Positions 7,322-16,834 of a stretch of 64,000 nucleotides of DNA are shown here, piece by piece. The notes beneath the pieces were generated by a model, which saw only the letters and a program-made list of their open reading frames with translations, had not been told where the DNA came from and made no database searches. A program made the position numbers and the translations under genes. Each line of letters starts with the position of its first letter. Position 1 is the stretch's first letter. Source of the stretch: Acidobacteriota bacterium (GTDB lineage Bacteria; Acidobacteriota; UBA6911; RPQK01; JAJDTT01); NCBI GenBank assembly GCA_965217775.1, contig CBDCJH010000002.1:960001-1024000 (forward strand). The letters are read 5' to 3'.

Positions 7322-8458
7322 ATGAGCCTGGATTCCATCGAAAGTGCCATCGAGGACATCTACGACGGCAAGATGATCATCGTGGTGGACGAGGAGGACC
7401 GCGAGAACGAGGGTGACTTGACCATGGCGGCCGAACGGGTGACGCCGGAGAGCATCAATTTCATGGCCACCCACGGACGCGGCCTGATCTGCATGCCCAT
7501 GACGCCCGAACGGCTGGATCGTCTGGAGATTCCTCTCATGGTCTCCAGGAACGAGTCGATGTACGAGACCGCCTTCTGCGTCAGCATCGAGGGCCGTCGG
7601 AACGTCTCCACCGGAATCTCGGCCGCGGACCGGGCCACCACCATCCTGACCGCCATCGATCCCCGCACGCGTCCGGAAGACCTGATCCGGCCGGGGCACG
7701 TTTTCCCGCTACGGGCCCGCCCCGGAGGAGTCCTGGAACGGGCTGGCCAGACCGAAGCGGCCGTGGACCTGGCCCGGATCGCCGGCCTCGACCCGGCCGG
7801 CGTCATCTGCGAGATCATGAACGAGGACGGCACCATGGCGCGGTTGCCCGACCTCCAGCGTTTCGCCGCGAGGCACGGCATCAAGATCGTATCGGTCGTC
7901 GACCTGATGAAGTTCAGGCTCCGGACCGAGCGGTTCGTCAAACGCATCCAGGAGACTCCCTTCGAGAGCGAGCAGGGCAGGTTCCAACTGCTCCTGTATG
8001 AGAATGAGCTGGACGGGAACCGTCACCTGGTCCTGACCAAGGGGAGGGTGAACACTGATGAACCGGTCCTGGTTCGGGTCCACTCTGCCCTGCTCCTGGG
8101 AGACGTCTTTTCCGGATTGAAGCATGACTCGGGACGCGAGCTCCGGAAGGCGTTGGAGCTGATCCAGGCGGAGGGCCGGGGAGTCCTGGTCTACCTTCGG
8201 TACACGGACAAGGAGGACCGGCTGCTGCGGGAGATCACCGGGGAGATCCAGTATCCCGCCAACTTCCGGGACTACGGCGTCGGAGCCCAGATTCTGGCCG
8301 ACCTGGGTCTGCGCAACATCCGGGTGCTCACCAACCACCCCAAGAAGATCGTCGGTCTGGAGGGCTTCAAGCTGAACGTGGTGGAGCAGTTGAGCATTCC
8401 GGTGCACGGTGAGGGAGACAGGCAAGAGGAACAGCGGGGGGTGCGGGGCGAGAAGTGA
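7322..8458 (+). CDS. ribB: DHBP synthase fused to a degenerate GTP cyclohydrolase II domain (RibBX-type)
   Basis: RibB motifs 'DEEDRENEGD', 'TGISAADR', 'RPGHVFPL', 'GQTEAAVDL', 'CEIMNEDG'. C-terminal GCHII-like 'VRVHS' and 'RDYGVGAQIL' without Zn-ligand cysteines. Confidence 0.9.
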   Translation: MSLDSIESAIEDIYDGKMIIVVDEEDRENEGDLTMAAERVTPESINFMATHGRGLICMPMTPERLDRLEIPLMVSRNESMYETAFCVSIEGRRNVSTGISAADRATTILTAIDPRTRPEDLIRPGHVFPLRARPGGVLERAGQTEAAVDLARIAGLDPAGVICEIMNEDGTMARLPDLQRFAARHGIKIVSVVDLMKFRLRTERFVKRIQETPFESEQGRFQLLLYENELDGNRHLVLTKGRVNTDEPVLVRVHSALLLGDVFSGLKHDSGRELRKALELIQAEGRGVLVYLRYTDKEDRLLREITGEIQYPANFRDYGVGAQILADLGLRNIRVLTNHPKKIVGLEGFKLNVVEQLSIPVHGEGDRQEEQRGVRGEK

Positions 8459-8475
8459 GGATTGGAGCCGCGGCA

Positions 8476-8565
8476 GGAGCGGCGACTTTTGATCGCCGAC
8501 TCTTTATCCGGCCACGTTTTGTTCCACTTTGCCCCGAAGAGGGCACCCACAAGGGGCGCCCCTAC
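8476..8565. repeat. Composite REPIN-like unit (GGAG-REP + inverted GTAG-REP)
   Basis: GGAGCGGCGACTTTTGATCGCCG ... GGGCACCCACAAGGGGCGCCCCTAC. Homologous, inverted, to 23379-23469. Confidence 0.8.
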
Positions 8566-9593
8566 TTTTCTTTCTCTTCGGCCAGGTAACCTCTCCGGTG
8601 GGCGACCTTGAGCTTGTCGATCTTGCCGTCCCCGTTGACGTCCACCTTCACTTCCACCTTGATCCGGCGTAGCTTCCCATCCTTTTTGGTGTTGGTCGTG
8701 ATATAGCCCAAGGAGTACTGGTTCCGGAGAAGATTGGCGATGGTCAGAAAGATGTTGCGAAACTGGGTCGTGAAGCGGGGGAAGAACGCTTCTCCTCCGG
8801 TGTACTTGGCCATCTCCTTCAAGACCACGTCGGCTTGGTAGAAGTCCATCCTCGTTGAGCTCGAAAAGTGTTGTTCGTACCGGAGCCTCAGATTCTGGCC
8901 GATGCTGACGGGATAGATCACCGCGTTGGTTCTCTTGACCTTGTCCAGGGTCTCTCCCATGTTCTTTCTGCTGAAGGTGTCCAAGCCGGTCGAGATGAGC
9001 ACGACGGCGGTCTTGCCCTCCGCCTCTTCGATTCGATCCAGGACGTCGAATATGGTGTCGTAGAGGTTGCTCTCCCGAAAGCCGGGGAAGTTCAGGCGCT
9101 GGAGGGCTCGAAACACCTCGAATTTGTCCTGGGTGAAGTCCACCAGGATTTCCGGCTTCAGGTCGTAGGCGACCACGGCGATCCAGTCATCCTTTCGCAT
9201 GTTCTCCGCGAAGATTCGGGACCCGAGCCAGGATTCGTAGAGCATCTCCCAGGGCAGGACGGCGCTGTATTCGGTCACCAGGACGGCCGTGATGGGAGCT
9301 TCGATGGGGCTGAAGTGAGTGAGCTTCTGCTTCACCTTGTTTTCATAGACGTCGAAGTGCTCTTGCTGGAGCCCTTGGATCAGGTTGCCTTTGCGGTCAC
9401 GCACGGTGACGTCCAACCGCACTTGATCGACCTTTACGGTCAGGGCGGCCCGGCCCTGGGGCCGATCCCTTTCCTCCTCGATCTGCCGGGATGGACGGTC
9501 CGACGTCTGGCTCACGGCCTGGCCCATCGTTTGCGCCAGTCCGGTGGTGACGAGGAGGGTAGCCAGCAACAGAAGTCTCGGCGATGGTTTCAT
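8562..9593 (-). CDS. VWA domain-containing exported protein (Acidobacterial VWFA-related)
   Basis: Signal peptide, 'V.VDQV.LDVTV.D..G..I.GL....F.VYEN', 'TGG.AFFP', 'LRNQYSLGY', 'RRGY'. MIDAS motif degenerate. Confidence 0.85.
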   Translation of the reverse strand: MKPSPRLLLLATLLVTTGLAQTMGQAVSQTSDRPSRQIEEERDRPQGRAALTVKVDQVRLDVTVRDRKGNLIQGLQQEHFDVYENKVKQKLTHFSPIEAPITAVLVTEYSAVLPWEMLYESWLGSRIFAENMRKDDWIAVVAYDLKPEILVDFTQDKFEVFRALQRLNFPGFRESNLYDTIFDVLDRIEEAEGKTAVVLISTGLDTFSRKNMGETLDKVKRTNAVIYPVSIGQNLRLRYEQHFSSSTRMDFYQADVVLKEMAKYTGGEAFFPRFTTQFRNIFLTIANLLRNQYSLGYITTNTKKDGKLRRIKVEVKVDVNGDGKIDKLKVAHRRGYLAEEKEK

Positions 9594-9775
9594 GGTTTCT
9601 CCCAGGCTTTAGGGCACCGATTGGATTACCTTCATATTAACATATGGAGAGTCTCCCGACCGGGACCCTCGCCCCAACCAATTCCGTCGCATCATCAGGA
9701 TCCGTTTCATCGGAAAGACGTTTTCCCTCTCACTCCTCATTCCTCACTCCTCCTCCGGATGGTAGAATCGGGCCA

Positions 9776-10696
9776 GTGGATTCCGAAGGGAAAGAAAAGA
9801 AACTCTTTCAAGCCCTGGAGCGGTATCGTCGAGTCGTCGTGGCTTTCAGCGGCGGCGTCGACAGCAGTTACCTGGCCTTCTGCGCCCACCGGGTATTGGG
9901 CAACGAATCGCGTGCCGTCACGGCCCTTTCGCCCTCCGTTTCCGGGTACCAGCGCCGGCTGGCTCTGGATTTCGCCCGGCGCTACGAGTTGAATCACACG
10001 CTGATCGAGACTCGGGAGACGGACAATCCCGACTACGCCCGGAATCCCACGAATCGATGCTACTTCTGCAAGGATGAACTCTACGTTCACCTGAAGAGAT
10101 TGGTCCAGGAATGGAATGCGGAAGCGATTCTGGACGGCTCGAACCTGGACGACATCGGCGACTACCGGCCTGGCCGGCGCGCCTCTCGAGAGCAGGGCGT
10201 CCTGAGTCCCTTCATCGACGTGAAGCTGAGCAAGGACGAGATCCGGTCCCTGTCCCTCAAATGGGGTCTCCCCACCTGGGACCTTCCGGCCATGCCCTGT
10301 CTCTCCTCCCGCTTTCCCTACGGTGTCGCCATCACCGAGGAGAAGCTGCAACAGGTCGACGCGGCCGAAGCGTACATCCGGAGCCTGGGGGTGATCAGCT
10401 TCCGGGTGCGTCACCACGAGGAACTGGCTCGGATCGAGGTCGACCGCGCGGAGCGGCACAAGCTGATGGACCCGGATCTCTTCGACGACATCAACCGGAA
10501 GTTCCGCTCCCTCGGATATAGCTATGTCACTCTGGATCTGCAGAGTTTTCGATCCGGCTCCCTGAATCAGGTGGTGAACCTGGAACTTTCTTCCGGACAG
10601 ACCAAGCAGTCTGCGGGGAAAGTCCCACGCAGCACCGAGACCGGGGCTGCGCCCGCCGGACAAGGCGCTCTGAGGAAGCATACCGGGAGTATGTGA
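9776..10696 (+). CDS. larE: ATP-dependent sacrificial sulfur transferase LarE (C-terminus extended by MITE)
   Basis: PP-loop 'AFSGGVDS', 'RCYFCK', 'DGSNLDD..DYRPG', 'PCLSSRFPYG', 'RVRHH', 'FRSGSLN'. GTG start at 9776 is inferred (ORF track starts at 9644). Confidence 0.92.
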   Translation: MDSEGKEKKLFQALERYRRVVVAFSGGVDSSYLAFCAHRVLGNESRAVTALSPSVSGYQRRLALDFARRYELNHTLIETRETDNPDYARNPTNRCYFCKDELYVHLKRLVQEWNAEAILDGSNLDDIGDYRPGRRASREQGVLSPFIDVKLSKDEIRSLSLKWGLPTWDLPAMPCLSSRFPYGVAITEEKLQQVDAAEAYIRSLGVISFRVRHHEELARIEVDRAERHKLMDPDLFDDINRKFRSLGYSYVTLDLQSFRSGSLNQVVNLELSSGQTKQSAGKVPRSTETGAAPAGQGALRKHTGSM

Positions 10697-10770
10697 CCGA
10701 GGAGCAACGCGTCTCCGCCGGGATGCAGACCCGGTCGAATGCCGTGATGACTTTTGCCGCGGGCTGCTTG
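10603..10770 (-). mobile_element. Palindromic MITE, copy 3 (168 bp, divergent subfamily)
   Basis: CAAGCAGTCTGCGGGGAAAGTC ... GACTTTTGCCGCGGGCTGCTTG. Same architecture as the other copies with paired substitutions. Overlaps the larE 3' end. Confidence 0.85.
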
Positions 10771-10837
10771 GGCTCCTGACGCCCGTACTCACGCTTGCTA
10801 CCCATTGGAGACCGTCTTGATTTACTTGGATCGCCTG

Positions 10838-12583
10838 ATGGATTCCGTCCGCCGTTCGGCCCGTACGGCGGGTCAGCCAAGGGCAACCGGAGAGGGCAGG
10901 CTGCCGGTATGGGGGCTGCTGGTCCTCGTGGCCTCCGGGCTCCTCTCCTGCCGTCCGGAGGAGCCCGGCCCGGGCGCCACCATCGCTTCCCGGGGCATGG
11001 TGGTCAGCTCCAATCCACTGGCCAGCCAGGCGGGTGTCGATGTCATGCGAGAGGGCGGCAACGCCATCGACGCCGCCGTCTCCGTGAGCTTCGCGCTTGC
11101 CGTGGTGCACCCCATCGCCGGCAACGTGGGAGGCGGAGGATTCCTGCTCTACCACGACGCCGAAACCGGCAGGGAGATCAGCGTGGACTATCGCGAGATG
11201 GCGCCCGCCGCCGCCGGTCGCGACATGTACCTGGACGCTACGGGAGAGGTGGTCCCGGAGTTGTCCACCGTGGGATACCTGGCGTCGGGAGTTCCGGGGT
11301 CCGTGGCCGGGCTTCACTTGGCCTGGAGTCGTTTCGGGACGCTTTCCTGGAGCCGCTTGCTGGAGCCGGCCATCGTTCTGGCCCGGAACGGTTTCGTGGT
11401 GGAGGAATACTTCAGCCGATCGCTGGAATCGGCCGTTCCCCTGTTGGAGCGTTTCGATGAGAGCCGCCGCATCTTTCTGCCGGGCGGAAGTCCCCCTGCG
11501 CCGGGCCAGACCTTCACCCAGCCCGACTTGGCGCGCACACTGGAGGCGATTGCCCGGGACGGCGCCGAGGGGTTCTACGGGGGCGAGATCGCGGAGCTGA
11601 TCGAACGGGACATGGAGGCCCACGCCGGGATCATGACCCGGGAAGATCTGGCCAACTATGTCGCCCGGATCCGGCCTCCGGTCCGGGGCCGTTACCGGGG
11701 CTGTGAAGTCGTGTCCATGGGGCCTCCCAGCTCCGGGGGCGTGATCCTCATCGAAATGCTGAACATGTTGGAGTTGGCCGGCCGCCGGCAGGACACCACA
11801 GCGCGATTTCACCTGCTGGCGGAGTGCATGCGCCGGGCCTTCGCCGACCGGGCCGCGACCATGGGAGACGCGGATTTCGCCGAGGTGCCCGTCGATCGGC
11901 TCCTGTCCAGGGAACATGCCCGGGAACGGTTGGAGGATCTGGACGAAACGGCCGCCACCGAGAGCAGGCAGGTTGCTGCGGGGCCGCTGGGGGAGGAGTC
12001 GCCCCAGACCACGCATCTCTCGGTGGTGGATCCCGAGGGGAGCGCGGTGGCCATCACCACCACCATCAACGGCAATTTCGGTTCCGGCGTGACCGTCAAG
12101 GGGGCGGGGTTCCTGCTGAACAATGAAATGGACGACTTCACGTCCCGAGCGGGGGTCCCCAACATGTTCGGACTGATCCAGGGTGAGGCCAACGCCATCG
12201 CTCCCGGAAAACGGCCGCTGAGCGCCATGACGCCCACCCTGGTCAAGCAGGACGGCGAGGTGTTGCTGGTTCTGGGGAGTCCCGGTGGCCCCGCCATCAT
12301 CAACACGGTTCTGCAGATCATTCTCAATGTGCTGGACGAGGGGATGGATCTGTATGAGGCGGTCGATGAGCCCCGAATCCACCACCAGTGGATGCCCGAC
12401 CGGATCGTCGCCGAGACCGGAGCTCTCTCCCGAGAGGTCGAAGCCGAGTTGGAGTCGCTGGGACACGAAGTGGTCTATCGCGGCCGGATCGGCGATGCTC
12501 ACTGCATCCGGGTGGACCCCGTCAGCGGCTTGCGGGAAGGTGTGGCCGACCCTCGCCTCTGGGGCGAGGCGCGCGGTTTCTGA
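10838..12583 (+). CDS. ggt: Gamma-glutamyltransferase (probable lipoprotein)
   Basis: 'GGNAIDAAV', 'GGGGF', 'DYRE.AP', autocatalytic Thr 'TTHLSVVD', 'LLNNEMDDF', 'KRPLSAMTP', 'GSPGG'. Lipobox-like 'LLSC'. Start uncertain. Confidence 0.93.
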   Translation: MDSVRRSARTAGQPRATGEGRLPVWGLLVLVASGLLSCRPEEPGPGATIASRGMVVSSNPLASQAGVDVMREGGNAIDAAVSVSFALAVVHPIAGNVGGGGFLLYHDAETGREISVDYREMAPAAAGRDMYLDATGEVVPELSTVGYLASGVPGSVAGLHLAWSRFGTLSWSRLLEPAIVLARNGFVVEEYFSRSLESAVPLLERFDESRRIFLPGGSPPAPGQTFTQPDLARTLEAIARDGAEGFYGGEIAELIERDMEAHAGIMTREDLANYVARIRPPVRGRYRGCEVVSMGPPSSGGVILIEMLNMLELAGRRQDTTARFHLLAECMRRAFADRAATMGDADFAEVPVDRLLSREHARERLEDLDETAATESRQVAAGPLGEESPQTTHLSVVDPEGSAVAITTTINGNFGSGVTVKGAGFLLNNEMDDFTSRAGVPNMFGLIQGEANAIAPGKRPLSAMTPTLVKQDGEVLLVLGSPGGPAIINTVLQIILNVLDEGMDLYEAVDEPRIHHQWMPDRIVAETGALSREVEAELESLGHEVVYRGRIGDAHCIRVDPVSGLREGVADPRLWGEARGF

Positions 12584-12591
12584 ACAGCCGC

Positions 12592-13950
12592 CTAATTTCC
12601 GGCCAGAATGAACCGGAGGTCCATCACGTTGGTCTGGGTGGGGCCGGTGATGATGAGGTCGCCCAGCGTCTCGAAATAGTGGTAGGAGTCGTTGTCGCTC
12701 AGGTAAGACTCCAAATCGAGGCCCAGTGAGCGGGACCTCCGCGCGGTTTCCGGAGTGGCCCAGGCCCCGGCCGCGTCGGTGGGACCATCGTTGCCGTCGG
12801 AACCGATGGAGGAGATGAGGACCGGCTCGTCTCCCCAACTCTCCATCTCCCGAGCGCACCAGAGCGCGAACTCCTGGTTCCTGCCCCCCTTTCCCGATCC
12901 GGTCACTCTGACCGTGGTCTCTCCTCCGGAGATGATGCAGCAGGGCGGAGCCACGGGGAGGCCGCTCTGCAGGACTTCCCGGGCGATGCCTACGTGGACC
13001 TTGGCGACGTCCTCCGTGTTGCCGTAGATGGAAGAGGAAAGAACCAGGGGAGTGAAGCCCAGGCGCCGGGCTTCGGCCGCCGCCGCCTTCAGAGCCAGGA
13101 TGTTGCTTCCCACCACCCTGTTCTGCACCTTCGCGAAGGCTGGGTCGTTCTCCTTGAGCGTCTCCCGGGGGGCGTCAACTCCACCGGCGGCGCCTTCCTG
13201 CAGATACCGCAGCACGAGACCGGGAACTGCGGTTCGGATGCCGTACTGTCTCAGGATTCCCAGACAATCTTCGAAGCGGGTGGGATCGGGTACGGTGGGT
13301 CCCGAGGCGATGCTGCTCAGGTCGTCGCCGACCACGTCGGAGAGGAGCAGGGAAACGACCCGGGCACCGTGGGTGTGCAGCAGCAGGCGGCCTCCCTTGA
13401 AGCGGCTCAGGTGCTTCCGGATCGCGTTGATCTCATGGATGGTCGCGCCCGAGTTCAAGAGGACGGAGGTGGCCGCCTGCTTGTCCGCCAGCGTGATTCC
13501 CGGGACCGGGCAGGGAGTCAAGGCCGAGCCGCCTCCCGATATGAGCACCAGGAGCAGGTCGTTGGAGGTCAGGTTCCGGTCCAGGAATTCCAGGATCCGA
13601 GACGCGGCGGCAACGCCGTTCTCATCCGGTTCGGGATGTCCGGCCTCCAGCACCCGGGTCTTGTCCAGGACTCCGCCGTGCCCGTACTTGACCACCACCA
13701 GACCCCGGCTCAGACGGTCTCCCAGGATCTGCTCGACGGCGGCGGCCATGGGGACGGCGGCCTTCCCGGCGCCGGCCAGGAAGACCTTGCGGAACTCCCT
13801 CAGCGGATAGGTCCGGTCGCCCACGCGAAGCGCTTCCTGGTCCAGAGACAAAGAGTCTCGAACCACTTGGCCGGGGTCGACCGCCGCCAGAGCCGCACGG
13901 TAGACAAGCTCGAGGACCCTCTCCAACTGGAACGACTTCCCGCCGGTCAT
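12592..13950 (-). CDS. Glycerate kinase type 2 (DUF4147/MOFRL, TtuD-like)
   Basis: 'GAGKAA', 'GHPEPD', 'LISGGGSAL', 'IRKHLS..KGG', 'GGETTV', 'GGRNQE', 'TGPTQTNVMD'. ATG at 13950 overlaps the upstream stop (ATGA). Confidence 0.92.
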   Translation of the reverse strand: MTGGKSFQLERVLELVYRAALAAVDPGQVVRDSLSLDQEALRVGDRTYPLREFRKVFLAGAGKAAVPMAAAVEQILGDRLSRGLVVVKYGHGGVLDKTRVLEAGHPEPDENGVAAASRILEFLDRNLTSNDLLLVLISGGGSALTPCPVPGITLADKQAATSVLLNSGATIHEINAIRKHLSRFKGGRLLLHTHGARVVSLLLSDVVGDDLSSIASGPTVPDPTRFEDCLGILRQYGIRTAVPGLVLRYLQEGAAGGVDAPRETLKENDPAFAKVQNRVVGSNILALKAAAAEARRLGFTPLVLSSSIYGNTEDVAKVHVGIAREVLQSGLPVAPPCCIISGGETTVRVTGSGKGGRNQEFALWCAREMESWGDEPVLISSIGSDGNDGPTDAAGAWATPETARRSRSLGLDLESYLSDNDSYHYFETLGDLIITGPTQTNVMDLRFILAGN

Positions 13951-15083
13951 GACTTGTCGAATCCGGTCCAGTACGGCCTCTCGACGCGGCCCGGCGGGGG
14001 AGTGGTGCGCGACAGGTTCAGTCGTATGGGGTCGTTCCGGGCCGTCCACACCGGGAAGTTTTCATCAATCCGGTGCCAGACGTATCCGAGGAGGCAGCCG
14101 AACCCGAGGCTGCCCACGACGAAGCAGACGGTGGCCAGTGCGGTTCGCAACAGCATGTCCAGAAAACTCCGGGCCTGGTCCGTCGGTTTCACTTCGACGG
14201 TCCGGTCGTGGACCCACTTCACCGCCGGCGCCCATTGAACCTCTCCCAGCACGGCCTGTGCCCGGGGTTCCGGTCCCAGAAAGACGGCCAGCAGCAAGCC
14301 GCTCCGCTTGATGTAGATGCCTTCGGGAGAAAAGAACGAATGCAGCGAGTTCTGGAGTTCGAGGAAGTATTCGGCCGCCAGGGCCGGTGTCGGGTAGGCC
14401 AGCAGAAACAGGGAACCGCCCTCCGGGCCATAGTCCGCGAAGGCGACCTCGACCCGGTCCTGGAAGCCGATCTTGGCCATCAGCGGGTCGGGGAAGCGAT
14501 CGTTGTAGGCCAAGGCCGCCGGCCCCAGATAGACGCCGACGGATTCCGTGACCAGGTCCTGGCGGGGCAGGTGCAGCACCGTCACGGGATGGAGGTTGAC
14601 GATGGAGATCGCTTCCACGAGAGTCGCCACGGCGCCCTTGAGCTGATCTCTCGCCTGGGGTCCCGCCTTGGCGGTGAGACGAAACAGAAAGGGACCCCGC
14701 CAGAAAACACAACTCCTTGCTCCGTAACGGTTCTCCACGGGCAACTCGAGCCGGTCCCCGGTTCCGGGCCGCAGCAGCGAATCGAGGCGGTACAATCCGA
14801 ACGCGCCCTGCTGATGCAGCATCTCGTAGACTTCGAGCACCAGGGAGGAGTCCCCCGGCTTTTGGAGGCGCCAGCGGGAATGGGACTGAAGGGCGTATTC
14901 TTCGAGCACCGGCCGTGAAAAATCCCCGGTCGCCCGTTCCAGGTCAGCGGACTTCTCGAGCAAGCGGAATCGGTACTCGGACAGCCCCTCCAAATACCGC
15001 TGAACTCCCACGGACGCTTCCTGGGAATTGAGCGGAGCCAGGAATCCCGAAAACACGAGCACACAAAGCCAGGGAATTCTCAC
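13947..15083 (-). CDS. Hypothetical exported protein with C-terminal membrane anchor (DUF6599-like)
   Basis: Signal peptide, 'EVYEM....GAFGLY', 'FWRGPF', C-terminal hydrophobic helix. Confidence 0.65.
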   Translation of the reverse strand: MRIPWLCVLVFSGFLAPLNSQEASVGVQRYLEGLSEYRFRLLEKSADLERATGDFSRPVLEEYALQSHSRWRLQKPGDSSLVLEVYEMLHQQGAFGLYRLDSLLRPGTGDRLELPVENRYGARSCVFWRGPFLFRLTAKAGPQARDQLKGAVATLVEAISIVNLHPVTVLHLPRQDLVTESVGVYLGPAALAYNDRFPDPLMAKIGFQDRVEVAFADYGPEGGSLFLLAYPTPALAAEYFLELQNSLHSFFSPEGIYIKRSGLLLAVFLGPEPRAQAVLGEVQWAPAVKWVHDRTVEVKPTDQARSFLDMLLRTALATVCFVVGSLGFGCLLGYVWHRIDENFPVWTARNDPIRLNLSRTTPPPGRVERPYWTGFDKS

Positions 15084-15102
15084 CGCTCAATCCCCTCTGC
15101 TC

Positions 15103-16737
15103 TCACTTCTCACTCCTCACTTCGGCCAATTCCTGTTTGGGATCGGCGGTTCCCAAGTCTTGAAGATACTGTTTTACACCCTCGAACAGGGCTTCGGCGA
15201 CCATTTGGCGGTTCTCGGAAGTGGTCAGAAACTTCTCTTCGGCGGGATTGCTGATGAACCCGACCTCGGTGAGGATGCTGGGCATGCTCGCTCCCATGAG
15301 CACGATGAAGGGCGCGGTCTTGACGCCACGGTTCAGGAAGGGACGGCGATGCTTCTTGATTCCCGAGAACAGGCTGGTCTGGACCACGCCGGCCAATTTG
15401 CGCGACTCGGCATTGTAGTCTCCCTTGGCGATCTGGCGCAGGAGGTCTTCGAGCTCCCCGACCGTCCGCTGGGACGCTGCGTTCTCTCGGGTGGCCACGT
15501 CCTGTTCCGAAGCGGTCTTGGCAAAATTGAGGTAGAAGGTCTCCGCCCCGGTGGCTCGCCTTCCGCGGCTTGCGTTTCCGTGAATCGAGATGAAGAGATC
15601 GGCTTTGTGCTGGTTGGCCATGGCGGTGCGCTCTTCCAGGGGGATGAAGCGGTCGTCGTCCCGGGTCAATATCACCTGGGTTCCCAGGCGTTCTTCCAGC
15701 AAGGGCTTCAGGCGTCTGGCGATGCTCAGGACCAGGTCCTTCTCCCGCAGGCCACCGGGTCCGATGGCTCCCGCATCATGGCCGCCATGCCCGGGGTCCA
15801 CCACGACTCGTCCGACCTTCAGGCCCAGCATCCGAGTGAGGGTGAGGTCTTCCTGCGGGTCGCGTTTGGCGGCTCGCGGCGTTTCCGAACTTTTTTTGCG
15901 AGTTGGAGCGGCCGGAGGGTTGGGACGAGCCTTCCGGGCAGTGCTGAACTCCCGGGTCGTCTTGGCCTTCCGTCCGGAGCCGTGACCGCGGGTATCGATG
16001 ACGATGCGGAACGGTTTGAACAGGGCGAAAACGCTGTGGTCGCGGATCTTGTGGTAGTCCAGGACCACGCGGACGACCTCCGGCCGGTTCCGGGCAACGC
16101 GGATCCGTTTGATGAAGACTCCGTCCACACTGATGGTGCGTCCATTCAGTTCGGGCCCCGGGCGGGTTCCCACCAGGTCGAAGTAAATCCGGTCGGGTGA
16201 CTTGAGCACCTGCTTCTCGAACTCCACTTCCTGGTCCAGTTGGATGACGACCCGGGTGTAGTCCTCGTTGGCGCGGTATCGAATCTCGGAGACCACCGCC
16301 AGCGGCGTCGTTTCGGGAACCGGGGACCGACGGCGGGCCGCCGTTTCCAACTGGGCGGCCCGTTCGAGGGCGGAGCGGCGATGGCGCGACTGCGGGTGTT
16401 CCCGGGCCAGGCGGCGGTAGGCGCGAATGGCTTCCTGACGGTATTCGGCCTGCGGCACACGATCGGCCATGCGGTCGTATAGGGTTGCGACGGCGTAGAG
16501 GGAATCGGCGGCGATCTCCGGCGCCGGGTCGTGGTCGACGACGCGGCGGTAGAGGGAGATGGCCTGCTGGTAATCGGGAATCGTCCGCTGGGACTCCGGT
16601 TTGACCAGCAACTCGAGTCCGAACCGGAAGGCCTTGGCGAAAGCGATTTCGGCGGGGCCGCGATCCTGACCCAAGACCAAGGACCCGCCAAACAGCACCA
16701 ATGACAGCGCCGGCAGCAGACGAAATCGGAACAGCAC
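15103..16737 (-). CDS. amiC: N-acetylmuramoyl-L-alanine amidase with TPR-like and AMIN domains
   Basis: Amidase_3 motifs 'VVDPGHGGHD', 'EKD', 'LTRDDD.FIPLEERT..AN', 'FISIHGNA', 'PSILTEVGFISN'. AMIN 'PDRIYFDL', 'PFRIVID'. GTG start after AAGGAG. Confidence 0.9.
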   Translation of the reverse strand: MLFRFRLLPALSLVLFGGSLVLGQDRGPAEIAFAKAFRFGLELLVKPESQRTIPDYQQAISLYRRVVDHDPAPEIAADSLYAVATLYDRMADRVPQAEYRQEAIRAYRRLAREHPQSRHRRSALERAAQLETAARRRSPVPETTPLAVVSEIRYRANEDYTRVVIQLDQEVEFEKQVLKSPDRIYFDLVGTRPGPELNGRTISVDGVFIKRIRVARNRPEVVRVVLDYHKIRDHSVFALFKPFRIVIDTRGHGSGRKAKTTREFSTARKARPNPPAAPTRKKSSETPRAAKRDPQEDLTLTRMLGLKVGRVVVDPGHGGHDAGAIGPGGLREKDLVLSIARRLKPLLEERLGTQVILTRDDDRFIPLEERTAMANQHKADLFISIHGNASRGRRATGAETFYLNFAKTASEQDVATRENAASQRTVGELEDLLRQIAKGDYNAESRKLAGVVQTSLFSGIKKHRRPFLNRGVKTAPFIVLMGASMPSILTEVGFISNPAEEKFLTTSENRQMVAEALFEGVKQYLQDLGTADPKQELAEVRSEK

Positions 16738-16834
16738 AGTCACACTCCTTTGGCCCCGGGGTGGACTGATACCGCCCGCAATTGTACACACTGCGGCTGT
16801 CAAGTTCGAAGCAGGGGGGGCGGATGAGCTGGAG

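Noticed and set aside
9737-12859. 1040-aa minus-strand ORF
   Set aside because: Antisense shadow of larE and ggt. High-GC codon bias suppresses stops on the opposite strand, and it has no recognisable motifs.
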